Positions 24,757 through 37,052 of a DNA stretch of 64,000 bases are shown here, piece after piece. Within the stretch, counting starts at the first letter, position 1; the number at the start of each line of letters is the position of its first letter. This stretch comes from Flaccisagitta enflata (taxonomy: Eukaryota), in assembly GCA_965153355.1 (NCBI GenBank), contig OZ231126.1, positions 21,700,001-21,764,000 of the forward strand. The letters run 5' to 3'. The notes under the pieces were generated by a model. The model was given only the letters and a program-made list of their open reading frames with translations. It ran no database searches and was not told where the DNA came from. The translations under genes and the position numbers were made by a program.

Positions 24757-24829
24757 AGCAACTAACCAGGCTCGAACTCGCGACTGCAAAGTCTTAAGTT
24801 CCGCAACTTAACCAATAGGCCATGATGCC
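24757..24829 (-). pseudogene. Degenerate tRNA-like sequence (tRNA pseudogene or SINE head), TAA anticodon-like loop
   Basis: GGCATCA-TGGCCTATTGG (A box)...CTTAAGA loop...GAGTTCGAGCC (B box), followed by TTTTT; several stem mismatches and no long variable arm. Confidence 0.5.
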
Positions 24830-25105
24830 ATTCTGCGTGGTGCTGAAAATAAAGCTAAGCTATCATTAATGAATCGAGCAAATGCTCCCACGCACAAATC
24901 GAATCGTGAATTGAAATCATCGTGACTTTTCTTTTCTGATTTTTGAAATTCCATAACTCAGAGACAAATCAACAGATTGGCTTGATTTTTTGTGCGTTAA
25001 TGTCAAATGACCATGTCTACTACTGTATTAAGTTTCAGGAATTTTTAATAAGTAAACCCACGCCAACCAGCCTACCTGCCTGAAAATTTCAAGCAAATAA
25101 AGCTT

Positions 25106-25326
25106 AACAAGGCCGGATACACGGCCATCAGTTGCGGACGGGTGGGCAGGGGCATCCAACCTCAATCCACACCCCAAGTCCCCCACTCACATGCACAAAA
25201 AGCATCTAAAACGCTCATTTCCTCACTTTTCAACTCGTGTCCACGGACCAACCGACCGACCAACCGACCGACCGACCGACGGATGGACAAAGCCTCTTAT
25301 AGAGTTGCGTGTCCGCAACTAAAAAA
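25106..25326 (-). mobile_element. Helentron/DINE-like element (family A)
   Basis: AACAAGGCCGGATACACGGCC...(GACC)n...AGAGTTGCGTGTCCGCAACTAAAAA. Confidence 0.75.
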
Positions 25327-26943
25327 TGATCGATGAAAATTTCAGAAACTTTGCATGAATGATCATTCAACCCCTTGACGTATCCTGCGTGAGTTGAACA
25401 GCAATCACGTAATTACTTTTACTGCAGTAGCATAGAACGTTTTTCTTACATATCAAAAATTAAAACGTTTGTCTGTCATCTGTCTGCCAGTCTGTTCATG
25501 AATGGAGCGAGCGGAGTGATTGTAGCAAAGCGGAGCGCTGTGTTGCGATGCAAACGACCGAGTGGTGTGTTAAAAACGCGATTGTCTCGAGTAGAAATAG
25601 ACCCGGAGCTTGGGTTTGGAAAGGGTATGGATTGCGTTGATATGCCCCTGCCCATCTGTCTGCCACAATATTGTGGACCCACGTCACTTGTTATATAACG
25701 GGTACACGTAACGCATTTTGGCCATTCGTGATGCGTTTTGGCCACATGTGACATAACACAGCCGCACTAAGGGCGTGTTTCTAGTGATGACAATTATCGC
25801 GTTAAATCCTCTTATGCGTGATTACAGCGTGATCACATTTTCATGAATTTCAATCGTCCGAGGGAGTGAATGAAGTGAGTGAGAGAGCCCGTGAATGGAA
25901 CGAGTGAGCGTAGCAAAATGGAGCGCTGCGGAGCGAGTGAGCGGAGTGAGTAAAAAATTTGTTGGTCCCTTGCTATCCATTGGAGCGAGATTCAACTGTA
26001 TTTTAAGATGCATCCACAGCTGTCAGGCATTGTGATGCATCCCTGTCTCAGCGTCATAACCCCGGTTGGGTGCTCTATATATCAAAAGTATGAAATTTCA
26101 TTATATCTCTGTTAATCATAAATATATTGACCAATTTAATTTCATTATAATAAAAGTTATGTCTTTTATAATTTTTGTTTTTTTATAAAAACCTGATTTG
26201 TATTATGCAGTGTATAAATCAACATACTGATATTTTTAAAAATAATTAATATCAATTTAATTTTATAATTAGTTTATTTACATTTTAAGTAAACTCTTCT
26301 ACAGCAAGTGTTTTAACAATAAAAGTATTTCTTTTAAATACCATTTTTTTTTAACCAACATATTTTAAATCTAAAATCATTACAAAAGATATTCCCAACT
26401 TATGCCTTGTGAAGCACCCAAAAACCCCGGCTTATCTTGGCCTCATCAACCTAAAACAGGCCTCACCAACCTATTCCAAGCCTCAGCGACCTGTTCCAAC
26501 CTCGCCAACCACATCTTGGCATCACCGACCTAATCCTGACCTCACTGACCTAAACCTGGCCTCACCAACCTTTCCCAGCCTCACCCGCCTAGGACTGGCC
26601 TCAGTTTGGAGCAGTGATGAAGGATTGGCTAATGTGAAATTCATAAAACCAAGTTTCTTAATTTTAACATCAATGTATGAAACACAAATGTAACAATTAT
26701 TTAAAAGGAACGAAATTGACCGAAATCAGGCAAATATCAAATTTCTAGTCTACTAGTCGTTGCTCATTGCATTGTGGCTGTGTTCTTCTCCATTGTTGTT
26801 CTTATTCTCTATTGCCATTGTTCTTCTTCTTCATCCCATTTTTTTTTTGAAATGTTCCTCCCCATCGTCGTCGTTTTTCCTCTCCTTCATCTTCATAATG
26901 ATTGTATTAGACGGATCATGGAACAAACGTTGAAATATCAAAT

Positions 26944-26985
26944 TCCCAATATTTCGACCGAAAAACATCAGCCTTCTTCAGGGGA
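26944..26985 (-). ncRNA. Minimal type I hammerhead ribozyme motif
   Basis: TCCC-CTGAAGA-A-GGCTGA(TGTTTT)TCGGTC-GAAA-TA-TT-GGGA: stem I TCCC/GGGA, 6-bp stem II, palindromic AATATT at stem III, as is typical of Penelope pLTRs. Confidence 0.8.
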
Positions 26986-27161
26986 GAAGAAAAATGCAAA
27001 TGAGAATGAGAGAGAAAGAGAGAGAAAAGGTAAAGTGGCTAATGCCAGATAGAGATAATGGGGAAAAGAGACAATGGGAAGAAAGAGAGAGAGACTAAGC
27101 AGAAAATCTGCTTAGGGTGCCGCCTGTGGTCACCCTAATGAGCGCATGGACGACAACACAA

Positions 27162-28352
27162 TCATGTTGGTTGAGAGGCCGATGACTGTTGGCGGCGATC
27201 GCGAATGCGTTGGGATTGCCTTTGGGGCTGCTGCGGTTGTTGCGGCTGCTGCGGCTGCTGCGGTTGACTCATCGCAGGTTGCCTTCGGGGTCGGCCTTGG
27301 CCACGAGGCGCCGTGTTGATTAAGTTCTCTAATTCGGGATTGTGAGGAGTGGGAGCCGCTGGTTGTTTGATTGCTTGATTGAGGATTTGGTCAAAGTGGG
27401 ATGAGAGATTGTGACGACCTGGGTCAATGTTTATGGATGGTTGAAGTGTCTTAATGTAGATGGCCTCATAGATACCTCTTAGTACCCAGTCGTTTTCGCG
27501 GTGAAGGACGATGGTGTCTTCCCTTCTGAAGTGGTGTGAGTGCTCGCGTGCGTGTTGAAGCATGGCTGATTTGTATTGGCCAAGTGCATTGGTGGCAGTG
27601 GATGTGTGCTCGTTGAATCGTGCGGTGACAGTTCTCTCTGTTTCACCTACGTATCTGCCTGGGCATGGTTGGTTGTTGGCACCAGCACAGAAAATACAAT
27701 AGATGTGGCCATTCAATTCATCTTTTTCCAGTTGATCTTTGGGCTTGACCAATAATTCTCTCAATGAACCGCGCGCTGAGATGGAGACCGATATGCCATG
27801 GCTGTTGAGGAGTCTTGCAAGTGGCTCTGTTAGGCCAGCGTAGTAAGGAAGGCTAACATTGCCAAGTCTGGGTTTCTGCCGTTGTTGTTGTTGCGGCTGA
27901 GGAGGAGGAGGAGGAGGAGGAGGAGGAAAGGTGGCGGGCGGCGGATCGGCAGATGGAGGTTGAGGAGGAGGAGGAGGAGGAGGAGGAGGAGGAGGCGGAC
28001 GGTATCTGTATTTGTCGTATGCCCATTTAGGATACCCATTGAGAGCAAGGGCCTCCTTCACCCTGTCAAGTTCAGCTTTGCGAAGTTCTGGTGTGGATGG
28101 GATAAGCTCGGCACGACGAGTGAGCGCATGGATGGTGGATATCTTGTGGGATTTGGGTGCGTGGCTGTCGAATGGAATGTATTGGTTTGTGTGGGTGGGC
28201 TTGCGGTAGACATCAAAGTCGAGTGAGCCATCTGGATTATGGATGATGGTAACATCCAGCATGGCGATTTTGCCGTCTTTTTCTGTTTCTTTTGTCCATT
28301 TGATATCTGGGTGTATGGAGTTGAGATAGTCGTGGAATGGTTGTATATGGTG
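27162..28352 (-). CDS. Penelope-like polyprotein fragment: RT C-terminal/thumb region + GIY-YIG endonuclease
   Basis: LNSIHPDIKWTKE...MLDVTI...VYRKPTHTNQY (PLE RT C-terminus); GHIYCIFC...YVGETERTVTARFNEH...HAREHSH...EAIYI...IN (GIY-YIG). Open frame, but the RT catalytic core is missing. Confidence 0.92.
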   Translation of the reverse strand, partial: HHIQPFHDYLNSIHPDIKWTKETEKDGKIAMLDVTIIHNPDGSLDFDVYRKPTHTNQYIPFDSHAPKSHKISTIHALTRRAELIPSTPELRKAELDRVKEALALNGYPKWAYDKYRYRPPPPPPPPPPPPQPPSADPPPATFPPPPPPPPPQPQQQQRQKPRLGNVSLPYYAGLTEPLARLLNSHGISVSISARGSLRELLVKPKDQLEKDELNGHIYCIFCAGANNQPCPGRYVGETERTVTARFNEHTSTATNALGQYKSAMLQHAREHSHHFRREDTIVLHRENDWVLRGIYEAIYIKTLQPSINIDPGRHNLSSHFDQILNQAIKQPAAPTPHNPELENLINTAPRGQGRPRRQPAMSQPQQPQQPQQPQQPQRQSQRIRDRRQQSSASQPT

Positions 28353-28499
28353 TGAAGGCTGATGTTTTTCGGTCGAAATATTGGGAATTTGATATTTCAA
28401 CGTTTGTTCCATGATCCGTCTAATACAATCATTATGCCTCAACAACAATCGTCCAACTTTCATCGTAACCTTCATCTTCATTATTCTTTTGCTTGATTG

Positions 28500-28940
28500 T
28501 CATTGTTTTTCCCCTTCATTGTTTTGATTCTTTTCTTTAATTGTCATGGTTTTTCTCCTTGATTGTCATGTCTTCCCCATCATGGTGGTCCCCATCATCC
28601 TTTGTCGTTTTTCTTCTCCTTCATCGTCGTTTTTCCTCTTCTTCATCCTTGTCGTTCATCTCCTTCATTGTCGTTCGTCTCCGTCATTGTTGTTGTTCAT
28701 CTCCTTCATTGTTGTTGTTCTTCTCCTTCATCGTCGTCATTCATCTCCTTCAGTGTCGTCGTTCTTCTCCGTTATTGTTGTTGTTCTTCTCCTTTATTGT
28801 TGTCATTCCCCTCTTTCATTGCTGTCTTTTTTCTCCTTCATCGCCGTCGTTCTCCTCCTTCATCGCTGTCGTTGTTCTCCTTCATTGTCATCGTTGTTCT
28901 CCTTCATCGCCATCGTTCTTCTCTCCCTCATCTTTGTTGT
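28500..28940. repeat. Degenerate TTCTCCTTCATCGTCGTTG-type minisatellite (also 26775-26893, i.e. the Penelope target)
   Basis: Repeated CTCCTTCAT cores on both sides of the retroelement. Confidence 0.75.
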
Positions 28941-29578
28941 TTTTATCTAAAATAACCATCGAATTACACCTTTTTTAAGTCAATATCCATTTTGTTTATT
29001 TTGAATATTGTTCGCTGAACTCTTGGAATTGGTCAGTATTTATCTCACCTGGTTCACGCGGTGTCCGTTGGTAGTTGATACATTTCTCCTCGACTTACAA
29101 GCGTTCTTCCCTTGCAACTCGTGATAGGAATGAAATTATGAATAAAAAAAGAAAAAAATAGAAATTCCGATCCGATCCTTTGCAGTAAAATGATGCTCGC
29201 GGATAAATGATTCATTTAAACCGACTTTCTCCAAGCCGGCAAAAATTTTGTGTGATGCTTGGCCCTTTGGGCTCTTGTAAAATTCAACTTTTTCATTGGG
29301 TCTCTATGAGAGGACTAGTCAGTCCTCCAGTATAGGTCGTGTTTGCTTCCATCGCACTGTAGTCTTTCCGTCTTAGCCACGAGCCAAATACGATACGCGA
29401 TTTTTGATAAACTATCGGTAACCATGACAACGTAAACAAATAAGAAAACGTTACCTCCCCGTCTTACCGAAGAAAATTCACGTAGGAAGGCCAGTAGTCA
29501 AATTAGAACCTAGGAAAGTTCCTGGTAACGCTCGAAAAACCGTTTGAAGAGGATAAAAACGCTCAATTAGCAATAATA

Positions 29579-29656
29579 ATGAAATCATGCGTTTTGGTTT
29601 TGGCTCTCATTTTCGGGACTTGGGCGCGTCTTTTCGGCGGAGGAAGACTACAAAGA
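29579..29656 (+). CDS. Exon 1 (signal peptide) of a secreted cysteine-rich protein
   Basis: MKSCVLVLALIFGTWARLFGGGRLQR followed by a GTAAGT donor, phase 0. Confidence 0.8.
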
Positions 29657-29898
29657 GTAAGTCATCAGCAGATGCCCATAAGGCTCCATATAATGATGTA
29701 CATTTGTAATCTTTGTCTGTCCGCATCATGGTGAAGTGATGGCAGTATCGTCCACAGTATTGTCATTTTGCTTTTTAGGTGTATTCTTCGTTCTTCTGCG
29801 TCCTTTTTTTTCTTTTTTTTTTTTGGCTGTATGATGTCATCACATATCTTATCACATGGCGGTCGTAAATATTGAAAATGGCCTGTAATCTGTTTTAG

Positions 29899-29968
29899 GC
29901 GAAGCAACGAATTGTTCCGAGGGAACTTCGTGTCAAGAAGGGCGAGCCCGTTAACGCCAAAATAGGCG
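29899..29968 (+). CDS. Exon 2 of the secreted cysteine-rich protein
   Basis: TGTTTTAG acceptor, AKQRIVPRELRVKKGEPVNAKIG, G|GTATGT donor; phase 0 to 1, matching both neighbouring exons. Confidence 0.75.
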
Positions 29969-30057
29969 GTATGTGCCAAAATAGATACTTGAGGGCATTT
30001 GAACGATATCTAGGTCGAATACCATGTTATGTTTTTTTTTAACTTTTCCATAAACAG

Positions 30058-30282
30058 AGCCGGAGCAGAAATGTTGCAATCCGTATCAATGCGGCGAGGA
30101 CAAAAGGAAAGTTGCAGATTGCTTCGTGATGAACGTCGGACCGAATATGTTCGTTAACAAAGTTGTGAAAAATGATTGTCAGCTAAGATGTTGGAAATGT
30201 ATGGCAGACGCCTTAGGCATCAAATCAAGTCTTCGCGGAAGAAGCCTCCGAAGTTGCAAAGAACTCCCTTACGAAGTCCAAA
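30058..30282 (+). CDS. Exon 3 (Cys module 1)
   Basis: T-rich tract + AAACAG acceptor; (E)PEQKCCNPYQCGEDKRKVADCFVMNVGPNMFVNKVVKNDCQLRCWKCMADALGIKSSLRGRSLRSCKELPYEVQ; A|GTAAGT donor; phase 1 to 1. Confidence 0.85.
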
Positions 30283-30287
30283 GTAAG

Positions 30288-30366
<79 letters not shown>

Positions 30367-30367
30367 C

Positions 30368-30481
<114 letters not shown>

Positions 30482-30803
30482 AGCATTGTCAAGAATCAGT
30501 ACTCTCAGTTGTGTGTATGCAACTCTATAAAAGTCAGTCCTTCCGTCCGTCCATCTGTTGGTTTGGTAATGTTAGACATTCTCGGGTTGATTTTGCATCA
30601 CTGCGCTTGGTTGAATATCTGATTTTATATGACCCCGCCCACCTGCGTTGTTGCCCGATAATGGGCTGGAGCAGGGAGGCGTACACTGCCCACCATTCAA
30701 TTTCCTGACGGCTAAACCGACATCCCAACATTCAGATATGACTTATGAGCATGCGACTAAAAACCAATAACTGAAAAGTCTCTTAACCACTCAATATCTG
30801 CAG

Positions 30804-30994
30804 TAACGGAATGCATCATGGAGAACGAGTGCGTCAGGAAAGGTAATAATCCAGCCTGCATTTCGAAAGCACACTCACTGGGTTCTCAGTACCTGTTCCA
30901 ATTCGAGGTGCCCAACAGCTGCGTGGCCAAATGCGTGGTGGAAGTGATGGGTGACAAATACGCTTACGAACCTTACGGATCCTGCCATCGCTAA
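30804..30994 (+). CDS. Exon 4 (Cys module 2, stop codon)
   Basis: CTGCAG acceptor, phase 1; (I)TECIMENECVRKGNNPACISKAHSLGSQYLFQFEVPNSCVAKCVVEVMGDKYAYEPYGSCHR-TAA. Confidence 0.85.
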
Positions 30995-31094
30995 ACCCAA
31001 TAGGTCGGATATGGCGTACCCATATGATAGGATTACCAATTAAGCGGTTAATCGCCGTACAACAAAAGTCATAATTGCTGGGAGAAAAAAAAAG

Positions 31095-31376
<282 letters not shown>

Positions 31377-31892
31377 CACGAGAAAAAGGAAACCCGCTTT
31401 TCTTCGCGGAACTCAAAAAGTCTTTGAATCTTCGAATCGTCGACTTTTTTTTCCAAATTAAACTCAAATTCAAGTTCCTGAAATGATTATTTCATGAAAA
31501 AAAATAAATATTCTACTCATTCAAACAGGCAGAGAGACGTAAGCGTGGTTTTGTTCATGGACGTTCGGACAGTTGGTTGATACCCCGGTTGCAACGGCTT
31601 TGACAGGGGCCTTGATTGATTCTTTCAAACCTCTTATATGATCTGGCCTTGAAAAATGGATTGTGCCTAACAGAAATCATTTAAATGAGTTTAATACAAA
31701 AGCGGGTTCTGTAAAAACTCCCGAAAGCATTTGCTCGGTTTGTGGAGACGTCCAACAGTAGGCAACATATGGCATCCTATTCCCCAGACCAGAGGCAAAA
31801 ATTGCTTCACTTTAACAGATTAAAGCAAGATTAAAAAAAAAGTAAAGTGACCCATTTAACCCCGCTGACCCATTTTACCCCACTCTACCCTA

Positions 31893-32282
31893 CAGGTTTT
31901 GCCAGAATTAAAGATGCTATTGTCAATTTTTAAACCACACATGTTGCCAAAAAAAAAAAAAAAAAACTTTTGGGCTAAATCTCATGGAATTGGACATGAA
32001 TACTTTGGAGATGACAACATTTTTTTTTCAATTTTGACCCTTGGCCTAAATTACGGCCCCTTATAAGTTTTTTTTACAAAGGCCCTTGAATTATATGAAA
32101 ATTTGACTTAATTCAGGCTAGGCATCGAAATAAAAAAAAAGTGATTAGTTAAGGTTTCAGTTATCATCCAACAATTATTCATGTCAAATTTCATGAGAAT
32201 TGGACAAGCAGTTTCTTCTTGCGGGGTGTGTACTGTGTAGTTTGAAAATGGTCATTAGCATCTCTAATTCTACCAGAACCTG
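31893..32282. mobile_element. TA-targeting MITE
   Basis: TIRs CAGGTTTTGCCAGAATTAAAGATGCTA / CAGGTTCTGGTAGAATTAGAGATGCTA, TA flanks. Confidence 0.75.
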
Positions 32283-32296
32283 TATTTGACACTATA

Positions 32297-32886
32297 CCCC
32301 GTGTTCAATCTCAAAGACGGAAAAGTAAAAAGCTTACAATCCTTAACGCAACCAGTCAGTAATTTTAAATCATTATTCTCTTGTAGTATTATGTTTGACG
32401 TTTTTTGTATGGTAATTTCATTGGTCTAGACCTAATAGTTTGTCCACAACATCAATTTTAAATAAAACGTGTATATAAAGTTTGAGCTAAAAAACTGTCA
32501 TTTTGATCATGATAGTTTTTCTTAAAATGGCTCTAATTTTTAAACGGTTTGAGCTAAAAATGCCAGATTGGTCTCAAAAGAAGCATAATTTGAAACTGCT
32601 TACATCTGAGACCAATCTGGCACCTGTTATCAAGTCGTTTGAGAAATAAAGGCAGAATATTGAAAAACAGTGTTGATGAAAAAATGAGTTTTTGAGCCTC
32701 AACTGTAAACACTTGTTTTACTTCAAATTGATGTTGTGCACTAACCATTTAAGCCAGACCAATGAAATTTCTACACAAAAAACGTCAAACATACTATTAC
32801 AAGAGAAAAATAGTTTGAAATTACTGACTATGTGCGTTTAGAAATGTAAGCTTTTTACTTTTCCCACTTTGAGATTGAACACCCTG
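32297..32886. mobile_element. Palindromic Tc1/mariner-type MITE
   Basis: C(CCC/AGG)GTGTTCAATCTCAAAG TIRs extending over 130 bp, internal inverted core, TA flanks. Confidence 0.8.
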
Positions 32887-33410
32887 TATCGTAAGAAAAA
32901 ATGAAAAGAGGAATGAATGAATCAAAGAATGAATGAATGAATGAATGAATGAATGAATGAATGAATGACTGAATGAATGAATGAATGAATGAATGAATGA
33001 ATGAATGAATGAATGAAAGAATGAATGAATGAATGAATGAATGAATGATTGAATGAATGAATGAATGAATGAAGAAATGAAGAAATGAAGAAATGAATGA
33101 AGGAATGAATTAAGAAATGAATGAATGGATGAATGAATGAATGAATGAATGAATATATGAATGAATGAATGAATGAATGAATGAATGAATGAATGAATGA
33201 ATGAATGAATGAATGAATGAATGCATCATTGAATGAATCATAAAATGAAAAGATGAATGAATTTGAAATGGCTAACATTCTATCAGGAACGATAAATTGT
33301 CATGAATGTGTACGTTTAATCGCGGCTTTCACGAAAGAGTTACCGGCCGACCGATAGGGGACGGACATGAAGTCCTAAAGACATGCGTGTCACCTATGAC
33401 AAAAAATGGT

Positions 33411-33458
<48 letters not shown>

Positions 33459-34110
33459 CATTTCCGATTTTTGGGCAGCGCCCGGTGACCTATGCTTCCA
33501 CTGTTATAGGTGATTTCTTCTCCTCCTTCTTCTCCACTCCCTCCCCCCTTGTGAGGCTCAAATCCCTGTCTTTGGGCTCAAATTCAAGCCTCAAGGCTCA
33601 AATTCCAGCCTCTCTCTCTCTCTCTCTCTCTCTCTCTCGACTTTTCCATACGCGCAGAAAGAGGGGAGGAGAGAGGGGAAAAATATGTAGCATTATCATA
33701 AGCCGGTCTCGGAGCAAAAACTGCCTGATATCCGTTTTTATGATGTCATGAATAAATTGTTGATGATATAAGCAGCGTTGAGTCGTGAGGTTCGGCGCAG
33801 AAAAACGACCTAAGGAGGTGATGGGAATGTTTTTACCACTCGCGAGGGGATTTTTTTCTTAGTCGCTAACGGCCGATATTTCCAGACATTACCGGCCTTA
33901 GAATCGCTTTTCCTCGGTTTCTCCGTGTGTTATTCTGTTTCGCTCTATCTGGCTCAGCTTATCTCTATCTTGTCCTATCTCTCTTGCTGTTATTTCTATC
34001 TTAATGTCCGTCCGTCTGTCTTTCTGTCCGTCAGTCTGTCTATCTTTCCGTCCGTCTTTCTTTCCGTCTGTCTGTTTGTGTGTCTGTCTGCCTGATCGTC
34101 TGCCTGTTGT

Positions 34111-34176
<66 letters not shown>

Positions 34177-34278
34177 CCCCCCCCTTGTTTTCTCTTTCTC
34201 TTTTTCACGCTCTGTCTGTTCATTCCCATACGATTGTGGTTTTCCTCCTTAAAAATTCATACACCTTATCGTCTTTGC

Positions 34279-34428
34279 TTTTTAGTCCTGTTCTACGCGA
34301 CTCTACAACCCGCAATGTCCGTCCGCCCGCATCTGTCCATTGCTCCAGTAACTCAAGTACTGCTCCTGCTTACTAGCATGCGACTGGGGTAGCGGCCTTG
34401 TCTCCCTCGTTGGTATCCGGCCTTGTTT
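34279..34428 (+). mobile_element. Helentron/DINE-like element (family A), short
   Basis: TTTTTAGTCCTGTTCTACGCGACTCTACAACCCGC...GTATCCGGCCTTGTTT. Confidence 0.6.
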
Positions 34429-34478
34429 CCCTCGTCATTGTTATCCTTAGCGTCTTTACAATTATTTGTTTTAACATA

Positions 34479-35233
34479 CACCGCTTTCAGATCGAAATGT
34501 CGCGAAAAGAAGATATATTACTCCGAAACTATTCATAGTAATTAATTTTTTCTTTTTTCCCCTGGTAGATAATTTGATTAAGTTTTGCTACAAGCAAAGA
34601 ATATCCCACCAACTAAAAAATTCAAGCCACCGTCTAACAATAAATGAATATTGCATGTTTCACATTGAAGGATTTTTTTCTCAACAACTTTTTCTTTACT
34701 TTATTTCACAGTTGTCATTTCTACAAAAATTGAGCTGAATTGCTGGGATTGGTCTAGAATTCAAGAGAATTTAATGTAGATTATGTTGTAAGGAAAAAAT
34801 GTTCTCACTGATTTTAATTTTGAACAATTTGCAGACAATTTTTCAAAATTTTCCAAATTCTTGAGGTTTTTACAGTGTTTTGGGGTCAAAATCAATCATT
34901 ACTGCATCACATAAGTCAAATCTGTTAGAATTTCAAACGAAACTTCATTGATTCCTCATAACCAACACTGTAGGACCACTCTTGTTGAAAAAAAAAAAGC
35001 AATGCTGCTATCTAACCTCATTTTTTCTATGAAAAAAGACCATTTTTGGTTGAAATCAACTAATTTTTGTCATGAAATTTAGAGCAAATATATCAACACT
35101 GGGGCTGTAATTCTTTTTTTGTAACAAAACTTAATCAAATCATCTACCACAGGAAAAAAGAATCAAGTAGTTGTCTTAAGTATTTTAGGAGTAATATATC
35201 TTCTTTTCGCGACATTTTGATCTGAAAGCGGTG
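34479..35233. mobile_element. TA-targeting MITE, 755 bp
   Basis: Near-perfect TIR CACCGCTTTCAGATC(G/A)AAATGTCGCGAAAAGAAGATATATTACTCC, TA TSD. Confidence 0.9.
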
Positions 35234-35416
35234 TAAATGGTCTTACAAGTATCACTTTCATCACTGTCATCCTCGTCGAATACTAAATATCTACCATTCC
35301 CTTTGTCTTAATTTAACTTTTTTGGAAAATCCGAAGACAATCATAAAACAATTTGAAACAAGCCGGTGACTACCTACTTCCTACCCTCTTCCCCTTCCTA
35401 GTACCTCCACGGAGAG

Positions 35417-35610
35417 AAAAACAAGGCCGGATACACGGCTACCGAAGTCGCGGGCGGGTGGGCAGGGGTCATATTTGAGGTCACTAGACCATTAGGGCAG
35501 GAGCAGTGGGGTCAAAGAAAAAAAATCATAAAAAAAAGTAAAACTTGACCGACCAACCGACGGACGGACGGACAAAGCGGGTTGTAGAGTCGCGTGCACG
35601 CGACTAAAAA
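35417..35610 (-). mobile_element. Helentron/DINE-like element (family A)
   Basis: AAAACAAGGCCGGATACACGG...(GGAC)n...AGTCGCGTGCACGCGACTAAAAA. Confidence 0.75.
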
Positions 35611-35979
35611 CCACTCTAGCCTTGTTTTTTTCACTGCTCCAGCAGAAAAAACAACCATTTTGCTTGAATGAGTTTCTCACTTTCCATTCCCATTGAAATC
35701 ATTCTGGAAAAGAACACAAAAATATGAAAATCAAAGAAAGAATTAAAAAAAAAAGAAAAACGGAATGGTATAAAAAAAAAAAAAAAAAACAAGCGAGAAA
35801 TGGCGACATTTTCTTTGAGTGGAAAGTGAAAGAGAAAAGAAAAATAAGGAGAAAAAAAGAGAAAGAGAACAATTTTCCAGCTTACGACGTGATTCCCTTC
35901 CCTCAGTCCAACGAAAAGTATCATTTCACACGCAGCTCAAACGCGTGATCGCATGGTGAAATTGCGTGTGTGTATGTGG

Positions 35980-36076
<97 letters not shown>

Positions 36077-36108
36077 GAAGGAAAGATAGAAAGATGGAAA
36101 GAAAGAAG

Positions 36109-36243
36109 AAAACAAGGCCAAGTAGGCCAATAAGGTGCGACGTGTCGATCGTCGAACGAATGCGTTACAGACCGACCGACCGACAGACAGACCGACAGAC
36201 GGACAGAGCCAGTTATAGAGGTGCTTTGTCGCACCTAAAAAAA
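36109..36243 (-). mobile_element. Short family A subfamily
   Basis: AAAACAAGGCCAAGTA...CGTCGAACGAATGCGTTAC...AGGTGCTTTGTCGCACCTAAAAA; second copy at 47261-47407. Confidence 0.75.
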
Positions 36244-36671
36244 AGAAGAAAGCAAGGAAAGAAAGGAAGAAGGAAGGGAAGATGAAAGGAAAGGAAAAAA
36301 GAAAATGACAGAGCATCAGACAGCAAAGCAGTGGGAGAGAGGAAACAAGAGAGAGGACAGCAGAGAAACAGAGAAAGAGAGGGGGGGGGAGCGTAATAGC
36401 ACCACAAACGCTGGTGCGCGCACATATTACGCGTGTGCAAAGTCGCATATTGACGCGCGCACTCAATAGAAAACAGACTCTGAGTGCGAGTGGTGCTTCA
36501 GCGTGTCCCAGCACGTGTTTGCGTGTGCGGGCGTGCGCGAGAAAGAGCGGGAGAGTGCGATGGGGGATTTTTATGGGGCGGCATAGTGTGAAATTGGCAT
36601 GTTTCAACGTTCTAGCTGAATGGGTCTTTCTGTAATTGCCCCTCGCAGGAATAGAAATGGGAAAGGAAAGG

Positions 36672-36778
<107 letters not shown>

Positions 36779-37052
36779 CAGGGAAAATACAGGCTAAAAA
36801 AAAAATAAAAAGAATGAAAAGCGAGGGGAAATTACGAATCCAGGAAAGAAAGAAAGGAAAGAAAAAAGAGTAAAAGGAATGTTGAAAGGAAATGAAAAGC
36901 TTCAAAAAGAAGGAAAAGAAAAAAAAAAAAAGGAAAAACGGGTGCGCTTTCAAAGTTTGGAGTGTCTCCGGCGATTCATGCAGAAAAGAAGCAATTTTGA
37001 AAAGAGGAAAATTATTGGCGACGAAATAGGAAATGTACACGCGAATGGCACT

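Larger units (their letters stand above)
26894..28436 (-). mobile_element. 5'-truncated Penelope-like retroelement with inverted pseudo-LTR copy
   Basis: RT C-terminus + GIY-YIG ORF; 83-bp perfect inverted repeat 26894-26976 / 28354-28436; hammerhead motif in the 3' repeat. Confidence 0.92.

Noticed and set aside
29665-29979. Minus-strand ORF with a faint integrase zinc-binding look (AHTAYFG...CDKIC)
   Set aside because: It is antisense to exon 2 and intron 1 of the better-supported plus-strand gene, and no other LTR-element domains are nearby.
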